DNA of 63,084 bases, filler included, from Octopus bimaculoides (lineage: Eukaryota): assembly GCF_001194135.2 (NCBI RefSeq). It is 4 parts of 4 records of this genome, joined end to end, with 100 filler letters (N's around TTAATTAATTAA, not from the genome) between each part and the next. Parts side by side here need not be neighbours in the genome. Positions count along the whole stretch, not along the records: positions 1 to 10,356 come from NC_068995.1; positions 10,457 to 20,124 come from NC_068992.1; 2 more parts are not named here. One strand, written 5' to 3'. Of the stretch, positions 1 through 12,862 are shown piece after piece. A program made the position numbers and the translations under genes. Numbering within the stretch: the stretch's first letter is position 1; each line of letters begins with the position of its first letter. Below the pieces are notes generated by a model, which searched no databases, was not told the origin of the DNA, and saw only the letters and a list, made by a program, of their open reading frames with translations.

Positions 1-47
<47 letters not shown>

Positions 48-209
48 CTCTTTATTCTTGAGTAAAACACTTCATTTCCCGTTGCTTCAGGTTACTCGGT
101 AACGGTCCGGGCTCTCTTTCAGGAGTCATATTGTGATCTCTCTCACCTGAACACCATGGAAACCAGATGATCGCACTCATATTTCCTGCGGCCCAATATA
201 GAACTTTAC

Positions 210-482
210 GTGCACAGACAATTGGCGTATTGCATATTTGTGTGTGTGTGAGTGTATTTGTGTGTATGTGTCTCTGTGTGTGAAAGAGAGGGCGCGCTGT
301 GTGTTTCCATGTCTGTGTTTGTATACAATGACCAATCGAGAAACGGTGATGGTGTGTTTATGTCCCTGTAAGTTAGCGGTTCGGTGAAAAGGAAAGAAAA
401 AGAAAAGGACTGAAGACGATTCCTTCAACTAAAAGTTCTTCAAGGTGCTACCCTAGCATGGTCGCAGTCTAATCACTGAAAC
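210..482 (+). mobile_element. SINE family B (CORE-like), diverged 3' half
   Basis: Matches the 3' half of copies at 2811 and 33006: gtgtttatgtccctgtaagttagcggttcgg...ctagcatggtcgcagtctaatcactgaaac. Confidence 0.7.
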
Positions 483-483
483 A

Positions 484-516
<33 letters not shown>

Positions 517-1015
517 TGTATGTATGTATGTATGAATGTAGGCATATCAGTGCGTGTGTTTCTTCCTTTGTGTGCAGCAGTTCTATTTCAAAGCTACGAA
601 TATAACTTAGCTTTATTTAGTAGTTCTCTGAACTTTTTTGATTTCCTAGCATGCTTGACAATTGTGCTGTCAGTCGGCAGCGTTTGGATTTGTTTAGCCT
701 AATTTTATTATATTAAAAAAAACAAAAAGAAACAGCTAGGCAGTAAGGCCAATATACTCCAAAAGGGGTATAACTCTATAATGAATATGTTAAATAGTTA
801 TTCCCCATAATTACCACCCATGTAATGGGGTGGAAGTGATGGATTTGAATGTTTAAAAACGACATTTCTTTTAATTGTCTTAAATTTACCCCTATAACCC
901 ATATCTATGTTAGAGGAATAAATATTCAAAGTTTGATCCTGTTTCTTTCGTAAATGGAGTTGTGTATAGAGAACAAACTACTTTGTGCTTGTATTATGAA
1001 GAAAGTCAGATTACA

Positions 1016-1080
<65 letters not shown>

Positions 1081-1714
1081 NNNNNNNNNNNNNNNNNNNN
1101 NNNNNNNNNNNNNNNNNNNNNNNNNNNNNNNNNNNNNNNNNNNNNNNNNNNNNNNNNNNNNNNNNNNNNNNNNNNNNNNNNNNNNNNNNNNNNNNNNNNN
1201 NNNNNNNNNNNNNNNNNNNNNNNNNNNNNNNNNNNNNNNNNNNNNNNNNNNNNNNNNNNNNNNNNNNNNNNNNNNNNNNNNNNNNNNNNNNNNNNNNNNN
1301 NNNNNNNNNNNNNNNNNNNNNNNNNNNNNNNNNNNNNNNNNNNNNNNNNNNNNNNNNNNNNNNNNNNNNNNNNNNNNNNNNNNNNNNNNNNNNNNNNNNN
1401 NNNNNNNNNNNNNNNNNNNNNNNNNNNNNNNNNNNNNNNNNNNNNNNNNNNNNNNNNNNNNNNNNNNNNNNNNNNNNNNNNNNNNNNNNNNNNNNNNNNN
1501 NNNNNNNNNNNNNNNNNNNNNNNNNNNNNNNNNNNNNNNNNNNNNNNNNNNNNNNNNNNNNNNNNNNNNNNNNNNNNNNNNNNNNNNNNNNNNNNNNNNN
1601 NNNNNNNNNNNNNNNNNNNNNNNNNNNNNNNNNNNNNNNNNNNNNNNNNNNNNNNNNNNNNNNNNNNACACACACACACACGCACACACACACACACATA
1701 TATATATACATACA

Positions 1715-1880
1715 TACGACGGGTTTCTTTCAGTTTCCGTCTACCAAATCGACTCACAAGGCTTTGGTCGGCCCGAGGCTATAGTAGAAGACACTTGACC
1801 AAGGTGCCACGCAGTGCGACTGAACCCAGCACTATATGGTTGGTAAGCAAGCTACTTATCACACAGCCACTCCTGCGCCT
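1715..1880 (-). mobile_element. SINE family B 5' half (tRNA-derived head plus CORE-like region)
   Basis: Reverse complement reads aggcgcaggagtggctgtgtgataagtagcttgc...gggttcagtcgcactgcgtggcaccttggtcaagtgtc...aaactgaaagaaacccgtcgta, near-identical to 33006-33180. Confidence 0.9.
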
Positions 1881-2810
1881 AACAAAAAAGAAAAAAAAAC
1901 CCAGGCCAGTTTGTCTACGTTTCTATATATGATTACCATTTATTACACATTACTATTATTACACGTTGCATATTACTAATTCTCAGCTGGGAATTTTAAA
2001 TTCTGGTGTAAGTGGTGTAACGAATAATATCCACTTCCATATTCCTAGAACTTAGTTTATCCACTTTTCTTGATGAAAAGCAAAAATACCAACTCGTATG
2101 TAATGAACAGGTTTTGGTTGTTTACTCTTTCACATTTCACTAGTTCTTATTTATTATGTGTTCTTATTTTTAAGAATATCTCAAAGTACTTATATCGCTT
2201 CTATGTGCAGAAGTTCGGGTTTGAAGCTATGTGTGCAAATTTGTATTGTTCAGCTTCCTTATTCCCGTTGCGTACTTGACAACTGTGTTATGTCAGGCAA
2301 CGCTGACTTTGGTTTATGTGGCCTAATTTTAATACACTTAACAACACGGGTAGAAGTCTAGTTAGGGTTTCACAGGGACATAACTCTATTATGAGTATAT
2401 TACACTGTTATTTCCCTTAATTACACCCGGAGTATGGGTTAAAAATTGAAGGTCGGAAAATTAAATAATTTTAAAAAAAAAAGGTAATATTCCTGTTGTA
2501 ACCTTAAAACTCATCCTACAACTCATGTCTATGTCAGTGGAATAAACGTTTAAATTTTCATGTTGATTCTTTCAGTAACTGAGCTGTATATAAAGAACAA
2601 ACAAATTATTTTCTGCTCGAATGTGTTTCAAGAAAAAGACAGACACAAAACGAAGAAGGCTGTCAAAAGGAAAAAAATAAAGTCAAACTGATATTGTCCA
2701 TTCACGTTTCCTTCTTGTATATAGTATTTTCCATGGGTAATAGTGTTGGTTTGTAGCGACTCATTTCAATCGACTTTATATATTAGATATTAACACATTT
2801 ATTTCATTGG

Positions 2811-3156
2811 ACCGCCGACCAAAGCCTTGTGAGTGGATTTGGTAGACGGAAACTGAAAGAAGCCCGTCGTATATATATATATATATGTATGTATGTGTAT
2901 GTGTGTGTGTGTGTGTGTGTGCGTGTGTGTATGTTTGTGTTTCTGTGTCCCCCCCCCCCAACATCACTTGACAACCGATGCTGGTGTGTTTACGTCTCCG
3001 TAACTTAGCGGTTCGACAAGAGCGGCCGTTAAAATAAGTACTAGGCTCGCAAAGAGTAAGTCCTGGGGTCGATTTACTCGACTAAAAGGCGGTGCTCCAG
3101 CATGGACACAGTCTAATGACTGAAACAAGTAGAAGAGTAAAACAGTAAAAGAGTAC
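2811..3156 (+). mobile_element. SINE family B, 5'-truncated, internal (TA)/(TG) tract, (aaaagagt)n tail
   Basis: Collinear with 33100-33424; ends gagtaaaacagtaaaagagta. Confidence 0.9.
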
Positions 3157-3941
3157 ACACNNNNNNNNNNNNNNNNNNNNNNNNNNNNNNNNNNNNNNNN
3201 NNNNNNNNNNNNNNNNNNNNNNNNNNNNNNNNNNNNNNNNNNNNNNNNNNNNNNNNNNNNNNNNNNNNNNNNNNNNNNNNNNNNNNNNNNNNNNNNNNNN
3301 NNNNNNNNNNNNNNNNNNNNNNNNNNNNNNNNNNNNNNNNNNNNNNNNNNNNNNNNNNNNNNNNNNNNNNNNNNNNNNNNNNNNNNNNNNNNNNNNNNNN
3401 NNNNNNNNNNNNNNNNNNNNNNNNNNNNNNNNNNNNNNNNNNNNNNNNNNNNNNNNNNNNNNNNNNNNNNNNNNNNNNNNNNNNNNNNNNNNNNNNNNNN
3501 NNNNNNNNNNNNNNNNNNNNNNNNNNNNNNNNNNNNNNNNNNNNNNNNNNNNNNNNNNNNNNNNNNNNNNNNNNNNNNNNNNNNNNNNNNNNNNNNNNNN
3601 NNNNNNNNNNNNNNNNNNNNNNNNNNNNNNNNNNNNNNNNNNNNNNNNNNNNNNNNNNNNNNNNNNNNNNNNNNNNNNNNNNNNNNNNNNNNNNNNNNNN
3701 NNNNNNNNNNNNNNNNNNNNNNNNNNNNNNNNNNNNNNNNNNNNNNNNNNNNNNNNNNNNNNNNNNNNNNNNNNNNNNNNNNNNNNNNNNNNNNNNNNNN
3801 NNNNNNNNNNNNNNNNNNNNNNNNNNNNNNNNNNNNNNNNNNNNNNNNNNNNNNNNNNNNNNNNNNNNNNNNNNNNNNNNNNNNNNNNNNNNNNNNNNNN
3901 NNNNNNNNNNNNNNNNNNNNNNNNNNNNNATATATATATAT

Positions 3942-4140
3942 ATAGTTCAAATTTACAGAATATAAAAGAGAAAGGCAGGTGATAGAACAACAAGCAGGTG
4001 TATTAGTTTGACGCTCAGGAAGAATTAAAAAGTCTTTGACGTTTCGAGCCTACGTTTCTTCAACAAAAAGGTCTGAGAGAAAAGAAAAATGGAGAGTGAA
4101 CGAAAATAACTGAGTGAGAAAAAAACAAAAATCCGTAGGG
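3942..4140 (-). mobile_element. (TA)n-anchored repeat family H, copy 1 (Penelope pseudo-LTR-like, degenerate hammerhead fold at 4033-4071)
   Basis: Shares caggtg...gacgctc(a/g)gg...aagtctttgacgtttcgagcctacg...cttcaaca with 37557 and 62921; all three start at a (TA)n tract. Confidence 0.75.
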
Positions 4141-5304
4141 GTTAACGATTCAACATAATGGAATGACCGGAATTAAAAGACTGAGTGAAAGGGAGATAAT
4201 AACGGTGACCCGATTGAACTATGGTGCGCAAGTCTTGAAGACAGTAAAAGAAGATTCATAGACGCCGTTTTTCTATCCATGACTAATTAATAATATCCAT
4301 AGTTACACGCTTGTGTGTAACAGTTAATGTGTGCTTGTTGAGTGGTGCATCTGTGTGAGAATGTGTGTGCGTGTGTGTTAGTGCATGAAGTGTGTGTGGC
4401 CCTATAGTGTACGTATGTGTTGCGTATGTTTATGTGCATAAGTTGTATGTGTTTATGTGTGTTGTGTGCGGATGTATATTGTCTATGGTCAGGCGTATTG
4501 TGTGCATATGCAGTGTGTGTGTTTTGAGGAGTGAACACTTTGTGTCGTGGGGGATTCGATGGAGGTGTGTGGTGGGATAAGAGTAGCGTGTGTTATTAGT
4601 GTATTCTTGCAAGTATCAGAATATAGAAAAAGAGATTCTCCGTCAGAATTTTTATTTGTAATGACTGAAAAATCTCGTAAGTCTATTCAAACCATCCACG
4701 ATTCTACTTTTTCTGTGTTTCAGGTACTTGTGTAAGGAAAGAAGTTAACAAATAAATACTTCTTCCCTGGATACGAAAATTCACCGCTAATAAGATTTAC
4801 CAGCTCTTGTAACAATATCTAGCAACGTAAGTTGACTGAAGTATGTAGATTAAAATGAGGAATCAAAGGAAAGTAGGGATGATCTCTATTGGAAAAGATC
4901 AATCAATAGGAAAAGTTTAAGATTGGAAAAATCCATTTCAGAGAGCAATGCACAGTTTAATGTTCTGAGTCTCATCCTTCATCTGAGAGGAAGGAAAAGT
5001 GGTTTGATTTTGAGGCAATAAATAATACTAAACGTTTCGTTCTCAGAGAAAACAAAGTATGAAAAGCTAGAGTATATATGCCGGAAGATAAAAATGAACT
5101 TCATCAAATATTCCCAAAATATTTGAACTAAATGACAGAGCTTGAACCATCGATTTATGATTAGTAGACCTTGTATCAAAGAAAAGTAGAGAGGTCTCCA
5201 TCAGCAAAGATCAGTCATTAGAAACTATTGATCTATGATTGCTATATACTCGATCAGTACAAATTCATTCAGACATTGAGAAATATCTTTTACATATTTC
5301 ATTC

Positions 5305-5472
5305 AAGAGAATGCAGCCATGCTGGGGCACGGCCTTCAAGAATATTTAGTCGAATGAATCGTACCCAGTATTTATTTTTGTTTAAAGCTTGGCGCTTATT
5401 CAATCAGTGTCATTTGCCGAATAGCTAGGTTACGAGGAGGTAAACATACTAAAAGCGGTTGTCAAGCAGTAG
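5305..5472 (-). mobile_element. SINE family B-related 3' half, diverged
   Basis: gcagccatgctggggcacggcc...tagtcgaatgaatcg...tttgccgaatagctaggttacg...gcggttgtcaagc is the reverse complement of the family B 3' region. Confidence 0.7.
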
Positions 5473-5489
5473 TGCGTTACAAACACATA

Positions 5490-5700
5490 CATGATTAAAA
5501 AATGCCGGAAGGCATCACGACAGATGTTCTAACATTCCACCAAGCCGTCGCTCTTGATGGATATGTATCGACCCAGACAGGAAGAAAGGCAAAGTTAAAC
5601 CATGTACGATTAGAACTCACACATCTGAGAGCAGAACAAGTACTGCAAATGGTTCTATTCAACGCTGTAGCAAACCTGCCAAATCAACAATATAAATATT
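5490..5700 (+). mobile_element. Possible decayed 3' end of a CR1/L2-type LINE ORF2
   Basis: TGRKAKLNHVRLE...FNAVANLP loosely resembles the RGHxxKL...FxxRxxxxWNxLP terminus of CR1-clade RTs; weak. Confidence 0.3.
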
Positions 5701-6429
5701 CATTAAATATCATTAAATAGCTATTCAGAAATAGTTAAGTGACCATTAATATTGATTTCTAACAATGCGAGCATTGGGTACATTTGGATAAGTCGCTAAA
5801 ATGAACTTTGGCACCATTTGAACCCAGATTGTAACAAGCGTTTTACTGAATCACGTTATCGTCTCTTCTGCGTCGATGTACTGAAAATGAGCAATAGCAT
5901 TGCTTCCACCAGTTGGGAAGAATTTTACCAGACTCTTCAGAGCGGGGAACCAAATTTTCAAGTCCCGGTAGTATTTGTGTTTCTTTCCTCGGAGATGGGG
6001 GAATCAATTCATTTGATTAATTGCTTCCCTCAATTTACTGGTCTAGTGTTTTCGTTGGGAACAATATGAATTCTGTTGTTAATAATTGAAATTTTCGTAT
6101 CAGATATTGGCCAACCTAATTTAATGGATTACTAAATTATCTTTAATACCTCTAAGTTTTGAGCTCAAATCCTGCCGGTGGTCAACCTGATTACTTGGAC
6201 ATAAATGAGAGTTGTAGTTGTTTAATCACATGTTAGCATTGGTCGAGAAGACCTATGTTAAAATACAGTCAAGACCTGATTACCCAGTCTTCTTGCTCTT
6301 TAAGATCAATGTTCTTGGCTTACTTTATACAATATATCTGGTTTCATTTAATGCGGTAGAGTGTAGTTTTAGGTTGATCTGCTTGCTATATGTAACAGGT
6401 TAAGAGGTTCCATTGAAATGATAGAAATA

Positions 6430-6790
6430 TACAGGCGTCAACCTGCTTGGTATGACACATTTCCTGCTCTGTTGTGGTGGGCACTACATCTGGGCTGTCA
6501 GACGGTATGATATCTTCTCCACCTGCAATTTGGTGTGTTCAGCTACCAGCTCAGGCTCCTTTGCTCGTCAGGCTGAGAAAGAAAAACTCTCAAAGTATCG
6601 GTCACTCTCTGAGAAGCTTATAGCCGAGCCTGTGATAGTGGAGACCTCCGGCGTTCTCGGCCCCCGGGCCGTATCCTTGCTCACCGCTATCGGGGTGGAG
6701 ATGGTTATCCGCAATTGCGAGGCTCATGAGTTAAAGTATCCGTTCCAGTGCATCTCCCTCGCTCTCTTCATTTTGTCTGCTAAGACCATG
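6430..6790 (+). mobile_element. CRE-like non-LTR retrotransposon remnant, C-terminal restriction-like endonuclease
   Basis: ORF 6452-6826 contains ARQAEKEKLSKYRSL...EPVIVETSGVLGPRAVSLLTAIG...FQCISLAL, matching the AExxKxxKYxxL...PxxxETxGxWG...FQRxSxA pattern of CRE-clade RLE domains. Confidence 0.7.
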
Positions 6791-7019
6791 AGTTGGTCTG
6801 AATTACAGGTGGTCAAAAGGATGTAAGAATTTTGTAGGTTAATTCTCTCTTTTTCTTTTTCTTCTTTCCTTTCCTCTTCCTTTTGGTTTCCTTTAAATAT
6901 CATATTTTTTAAAATTGTAAATATTATTGATTGTTGCCTATTTGCATATCACCCTCATCTACTTTTATTATTTGTTATGAGTACATAGTTGAAATATCTA
7001 TAATTACTAATAATTGTTT

Positions 7020-7225
7020 TCATAGGGCAAAAGCAAGCAATATAGTGGGAGGAAACAGTGAATCAAATTGACACCAGTACCTTACTCGTTCTGTATTCTA
7101 TAGATTGCAGAACAAATGAAGGCAAACTTGACTTGGATGGGTTTGGAACATAAAACGTAAAGAGGAGCAACAAATACTGCAAGATATATTGTCCGATGCT
7201 TTGAACATTTTGCCAGTCTAGTGTC
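7020..7225 (-). mobile_element. SINE family A, old diverged copy
   Basis: gacaccagtac...gaaggcaaacttgacttggatgggtttggaac...tttgccagtc, the reverse of the family A core. Confidence 0.5.
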
Positions 7226-8996
7226 CTAAATCAGTGCTCAATAAAGATTTTTCTCTGTAATTACATCATGAATGGTAATGAATTGGGAGAATTAGTGGCA
7301 AATTCAATGCTTTATGGCATTCCGACACTTCCTTTTCCTTTCTGGTTTCGTATAGAATCAACGTCTGCTTTGTTTCTTTCAGTTCTCCGGCGTCGATTAA
7401 ATAAATACTACAGAAGCAGTAGGGTTAACAGATAAAATGAACTGCATTCCTTTTCCCATGTATTTTTAAAATTCTTTTATGTTTCATCCCTTAGGTTGCA
7501 GCCATGCTGCAGCACCACCAGGTTTTTTGCCTATCCTATAAAATCAATAATTCAATAATGACTAACATATCAGTATCGTAGCTGAGTTCTTTAATCTTGT
7601 TTGTTTCAGGCCACTCTTGAAAGAGAGTTTATGATACGCCTATTCATTCGTAGTATTTCCCGCATTCCATGTATGAAACTATTTCTGTGATACTTATTAC
7701 TGTGCCTCTCTTTGAATTCCGTTGGTCGCTTTAACACCAGTTACTTGGTTCAAAGTTACATTCAGCAGAATTCGCTCTGGGCCAGTTTCCTGATACGAGA
7801 TAAATTCCTCTCTTCCTCCAACAAGCCTTGAAGACAGTAAAAGAAGGTTCATAGACGCCATTTTTCTATCCATGACTAAGTAATAATATCCATAGTTACT
7901 CGATTAAAGGTCTATCTCAGAGATGAATTCTTTGGTTTCCTTTCATCATCATCGTTCTAAGAGAATACTTTAAGATGTGCGTATTCTTCTACAAACTTTC
8001 CCTGAATACTTCTACGAAGCTATTTCTGCTGTGCTTATTAGTGTCAATATATTAGAAGTCAAAAGTTATCGATCTCAAAGATGAGCTTCTTTGGTCTAGT
8101 TTCTTTCTTACCCCCATGCAAGAATTCATAAGAAGTATAGATAATCAAGTCACACTGTGGTTAAATTTACCTTTCATCCTTTCGAGGCAGATAAAATAAA
8201 GCACCAGTCGTTATAACAAAAGTCACTTTCACTTTTGTTTTACAGTCGTCAATTGTACATTATTTCTTCTGCTTCGGAAGTGAGCTGTGCCTCTTAACTA
8301 AACCTATTTCCGTTGGATATTCTGGTTATATGTAGACACTGACATTTTCAACATTAATATATTATTAATATATTTCTGTTTCCGAGTCATGAGCACCTTA
8401 AATGATGAAAACTACAAAAATACATACAGCCATTGAAAGGAAACGAGATAACCACTTGTTACTCTCAAATAGTCCTTAGTACCAATTATCAATTACATTT
8501 CAGAGGGCGGACAATTCAATTTAAGTGATCAATACTTGATTGTATCATATTTTATTGACTCAGGAAAGATGTTAGCCGAAAACAACTTTTCTAGTAAGAT
8601 GGAATCTAAAGTCTAGCCGAAGCTTCACTCGTTCTGTTACTCCGTCACCTTTTACAAATAATGGACAATTGAGATAACATGCTTCAGTGAAATCGTGAAT
8701 TACTATCGTGAAAAGCTAGGTAATGAGTTATTTTTGTGTCAAATTATACTGAAAATAAACATGCAACTCTCGAAAATGCACAATGATCACAATATCTATA
8801 AACGATTAATAACAAAAAATATAACTTCTTAAGCAAAGATTATTTATTTGGGTGAATGTTTCAGTCACCCATAGCTATACAATTTAGGGTTCTTAGAGAT
8901 ATGAAATATTGATGAAATATAAATTCATGTGATTTAGTTAAAAACAAAGCTTATCAATGTCTATCTTCCAGCATGGAATTACAGCAGACATTAAAC

Positions 8997-9134
8997 CTGG
9001 CATTATTTGCAGGAATGTGTGAACAGATCGCTTGTAATGTTTTCTCGGCTCCGTAAGTTTCAACATTGCTTCGGTTTTATCTTCTGAAATTTTGTGCTGT
9101 TTCATAAGGTGGCCCTTCATTGGAATGAAACGAC
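8997..9134 (-). CDS. Candidate internal exon (phase 1-1, 138 nt) with a possible C2H2/BED-type zinc-finger end
   Basis: ttttag|GTCG acceptor; open frame RFIPMKGHLMKQHKISEDKTEAMLKLTEPRKHYKRSVHTFLQIMP with a hydrophobic-x2-H-x4-H motif; donor CAG|gtttaa is weak. Confidence 0.3.
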
Positions 9135-9332
9135 CTAAAATAATAGGAGAAATATTTTAATATATTCAGATGGCTTACCAAAAATATTATGGAAGAAATG
9201 AATCAATAAAAAAGGAATTGTAGTCATAAGAATCGAAAGACAGGATAAGATGGATGGAGACAAATATAGAGATACAGAGCAAGATAGAGGTAGAGAGAGA
9301 GGGAGTGTGTGAGAGAGAAAGAGAGAGGGAGG

Positions 9333-9385
<53 letters not shown>

Positions 9386-10299
9386 ATAAAAATGTATTTA
9401 GTATTATTCTTGTACAATCTATATTCATTGAAATCTTGCATGTTCAGCAAAAAAAAACAAAGAAAAAAAACCCCTCAAAAAACCAGAAACAAAAACAATA
9501 AACGCACACTCACAGGAAATGTGTCACAATATAACCATATTTAAACAATTTCAGCGTTAGGAAACGCTGGAAAATAGTATCAGTTGGTTCTCACACCATT
9601 TTACATAGTCAAAAACTGTGATTTAGCTTTTCTCGGGCCTTGTTCGGGTACGCAGTGTTTACATGTAACAATAATAACGAAACAACGATGTCCATCGCTC
9701 CCAAATGGGACCTGGTGCGAGTTATCTCGTTCGTCTATGACTTCCAGGTGATTTAACACCAGGCATATTGATGAAAATATATATTTTCTTAAGATAATAA
9801 GCGCTACCCACCAACTAGCAAAATACATACCTTGTGTATGTGTGCACGATGCTGCTTATATATATATGTATTATGATGAATATAGTCAGCCACATCTACC
9901 CGAATTTTCGACTGGAGAACGTAAAGAGAGTGATAATTGTATCATGTACAACACTCACACTCATTCCCTCCTTTAGTTTTAATGAAATATTTCTCTTTGC
10001 AATATATCTAATTGAAAAGGTAAAAGTTAAACCATGCTGAAGATTTCTAAAAAGATAGAAAAGTTGTGGCATTCATGATTATCATCAAATCAAAATTGTA
10101 GAAACTGCCTAAAAGATTTAAGACAAATAAAATGTGAGAACTCTGTGCAGCATCGTCTATCTCGTATTCCTTGATTTTCAATTCTAATTTCTAATCTTAT
10201 CTCGAGCTGGCGGTATTGCTTACCACCTTTCAATGGATGGAACAGCCAGACGGCACTACCTGTTTATTAATGTGCGTCTATCGAATCTGTTAAACATGC

Positions 10300-10356
<57 letters not shown>

Positions 10357-10400
10357 NNNNNNNNNNNNNNNNNNNNNNNNNNNNNNNNNNNNNNNNNNNN

Positions 10401-10412
10401 TTAATTAATTAA
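10401..10412. other. Assembly linker TTAATTAATTAA inside a 100-bp placeholder gap (also 20169-20180, 44894-44905)
   Basis: Identical 12-mer, stop codons in all six frames, centred in three N-runs each totalling 100 bp. Confidence 0.95.
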
Positions 10413-10476
10413 NNNNNNNNNNNNNNNNNNNNNNNNNNNNNNNNNNNNNNNNNNNNATGGAACAAGAACACAACAC

Positions 10477-10563
<87 letters not shown>

Positions 10564-11040
10564 TATATACGTATGTTTATGTTATGCGTCTTTCTTTAGG
10601 AGCATTTTGATATGTTAGTGATTAGCCAACGGTTTCGGAGAGTATAAAGATTAAATTTGTATTTGAGAAAACCTTAGCTGACAAGGACAGGAAATTATCT
10701 GAGTATTCGATAAGAATACCTGTATCCTGATGATTCGCACAAGGTATGAAAGCGCCTACACCTGTGAACACTGTAAAGCTTAGAAGACATCAAATGCCAG
10801 CTGCAGAAGAGTCTGCGAAGGAGTGGCCACCAGGAACTATATAGCAGTGTTTAAGAATCTGTGTTACAACGAATCCCAATGGATCACAATCTATAACATT
10901 GTTTTAACGTGGTAAAAATATGTTGTCACAACTGAAACATATTTGTCAAACAGTTTCATTTATTGTTAAACAATTTAATCAGGCCGAGCAGCTTATATGT
11001 GTCGGATGTAATTACGAGAAATGGTAGCAGAAAACTACTT

Positions 11041-11441
11041 AGGTGCAGGCTTGGCGGTCTGGTAAGTAGCTAGCATTCTAACCACATGGTTATGGGTTCA
11101 CTCTCACTGCGCGGAACCTGAGGCAAGTGTCTCGTACTATCGCTTCAGGTCCACCAAAGACTAGTGAGTGGATTTATTAGATGAAGAATGGAAGAGGCCC
11201 GTCGTTCATATATATATGTGTGTGTGAGTATCTGTGTGTGTATGTGTGTGAGTGTGTCCTCCACCACCGCTTGACAACCGGTGTTGCTGTGTTTACGTCC
11301 CGGTAATTTGCCGGCTCGAGAAATAACACCGATAGAATAAGTACCAGGCTCAAACAAAATTTAAGGTTCATTCAACTAAAGGTTGTTCAAGGCTGTGCCA
11401 CAGCATAGCCGCACTCTAATGACTGAAACAAGTAAGAGATA
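11041..11441 (+). mobile_element. SINE family B, full-length diverged copy
   Basis: aggtgcaggcttggcgg...gaggcaagtgtc...gtttacgtcccggtaat...gactgaaacaagtaagag. Confidence 0.85.
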
Positions 11442-12604
11442 AGGGATTAAAACAAGACCGGATGGGACACATTGGTAAGATCTTGTCTTAGATGTACGAC
11501 ATACGGGATAGTCATGGAAGGAATGCATTTGACCATAGGTCTGATACTGGCCTAACAACAGCATCTGTGGGTATATTAATAATGGCTGATTGTTTTCGCT
11601 TCTATTATAGGGAAACGTCCACCGTGTAAATGAAACTTGTTGACTGTATCAGATTTGTTAGCTTTGAGAATGAAAATAATTATCTTAATTTGTCGTAAAA
11701 TATCAGTTGACTAATTAATATGCTATATCTTCCTTCAACAGTTTAGACTTCAATTATAACGATGACATATTTAAAAATCATGACAACTTTTAACATTTTC
11801 TCACCTTCTAACCACATCCTTAATTTAAATCTATTTTTATTTATTTATTTCATGGCGTTTTTTTCTTCAATTTAATCTTCATTTTTTATTTCTAATTACT
11901 GATAAACAGCCTCAAGTGATCCGTACAAAAAACAGGTTTTCATTATAAATTTGCATTACAGAGGTAATTCTGGATATGCACAAGGTGACATACACACGAA
12001 TACGCAAATTTTTAATGAGATTTTAAGACTCACTTAAAATATATTCTAATGCACACACTATTTTCAGTAAAGCATTCGCTTATTCCCTCACTCTGATAAA
12101 CGAACAAACAGATTAATATGCATATATAATCGATTGCATTAATAGTTTTTTTTAAAAACGAAAATGAAAATTTCTCATTATATCAAACTGAAATTTTTTC
12201 CTGTTGGTGACCACTAAACAATTTTTCTAATTCTCTCGTTTTGTTTTAATTCTGATTCTCCATTTCGATTGGCAATCAGAAATTAATTAGTGTGTTATTT
12301 CGCCTTAGCGCTAAATACAAGCATTGTCAAAAATAAAGAAACACATTTTATTGAATCGAAATGATCTAATAGACTCTGCTGGTGAAACTAGAAAATCCAT
12401 TTTTTTTGCTGAGTTTAACCCGAATCTAAATAGTTTGGTGTGGAATCAGTAAGAAAGGAAAGCCATCGGGTCATAAATTTGCTTGTAAGACGGAATAGGT
12501 TCTAATATCACAAAGTAAAATATGTTGATATAACTAATGCAAAGTACAATTTCAAAACACTAGCTACGCGTTGTGCTTCATCTATTATCTGTGACTGGTT
12601 TCAA

Positions 12605-12825
12605 TCAGTGTAATGCGACCGTACCGTGGTCGCTATCATCAGGACATTTTATCCGAGTGGAACATACATTATTTACGTCATTTACATTAATTACATTTGA
12701 CGGATATTTGTCCTCATCTTGTTTGTTGTTAACACAACTTTTCGGCTGATATACTCTCCAGTTTTCATCAGGTGTCTTGGGGAAATTTCGAAACTGGGTT
12801 CTCATTCCTAAGGTATTTTTCGATG

Positions 12826-12862
<37 letters not shown>

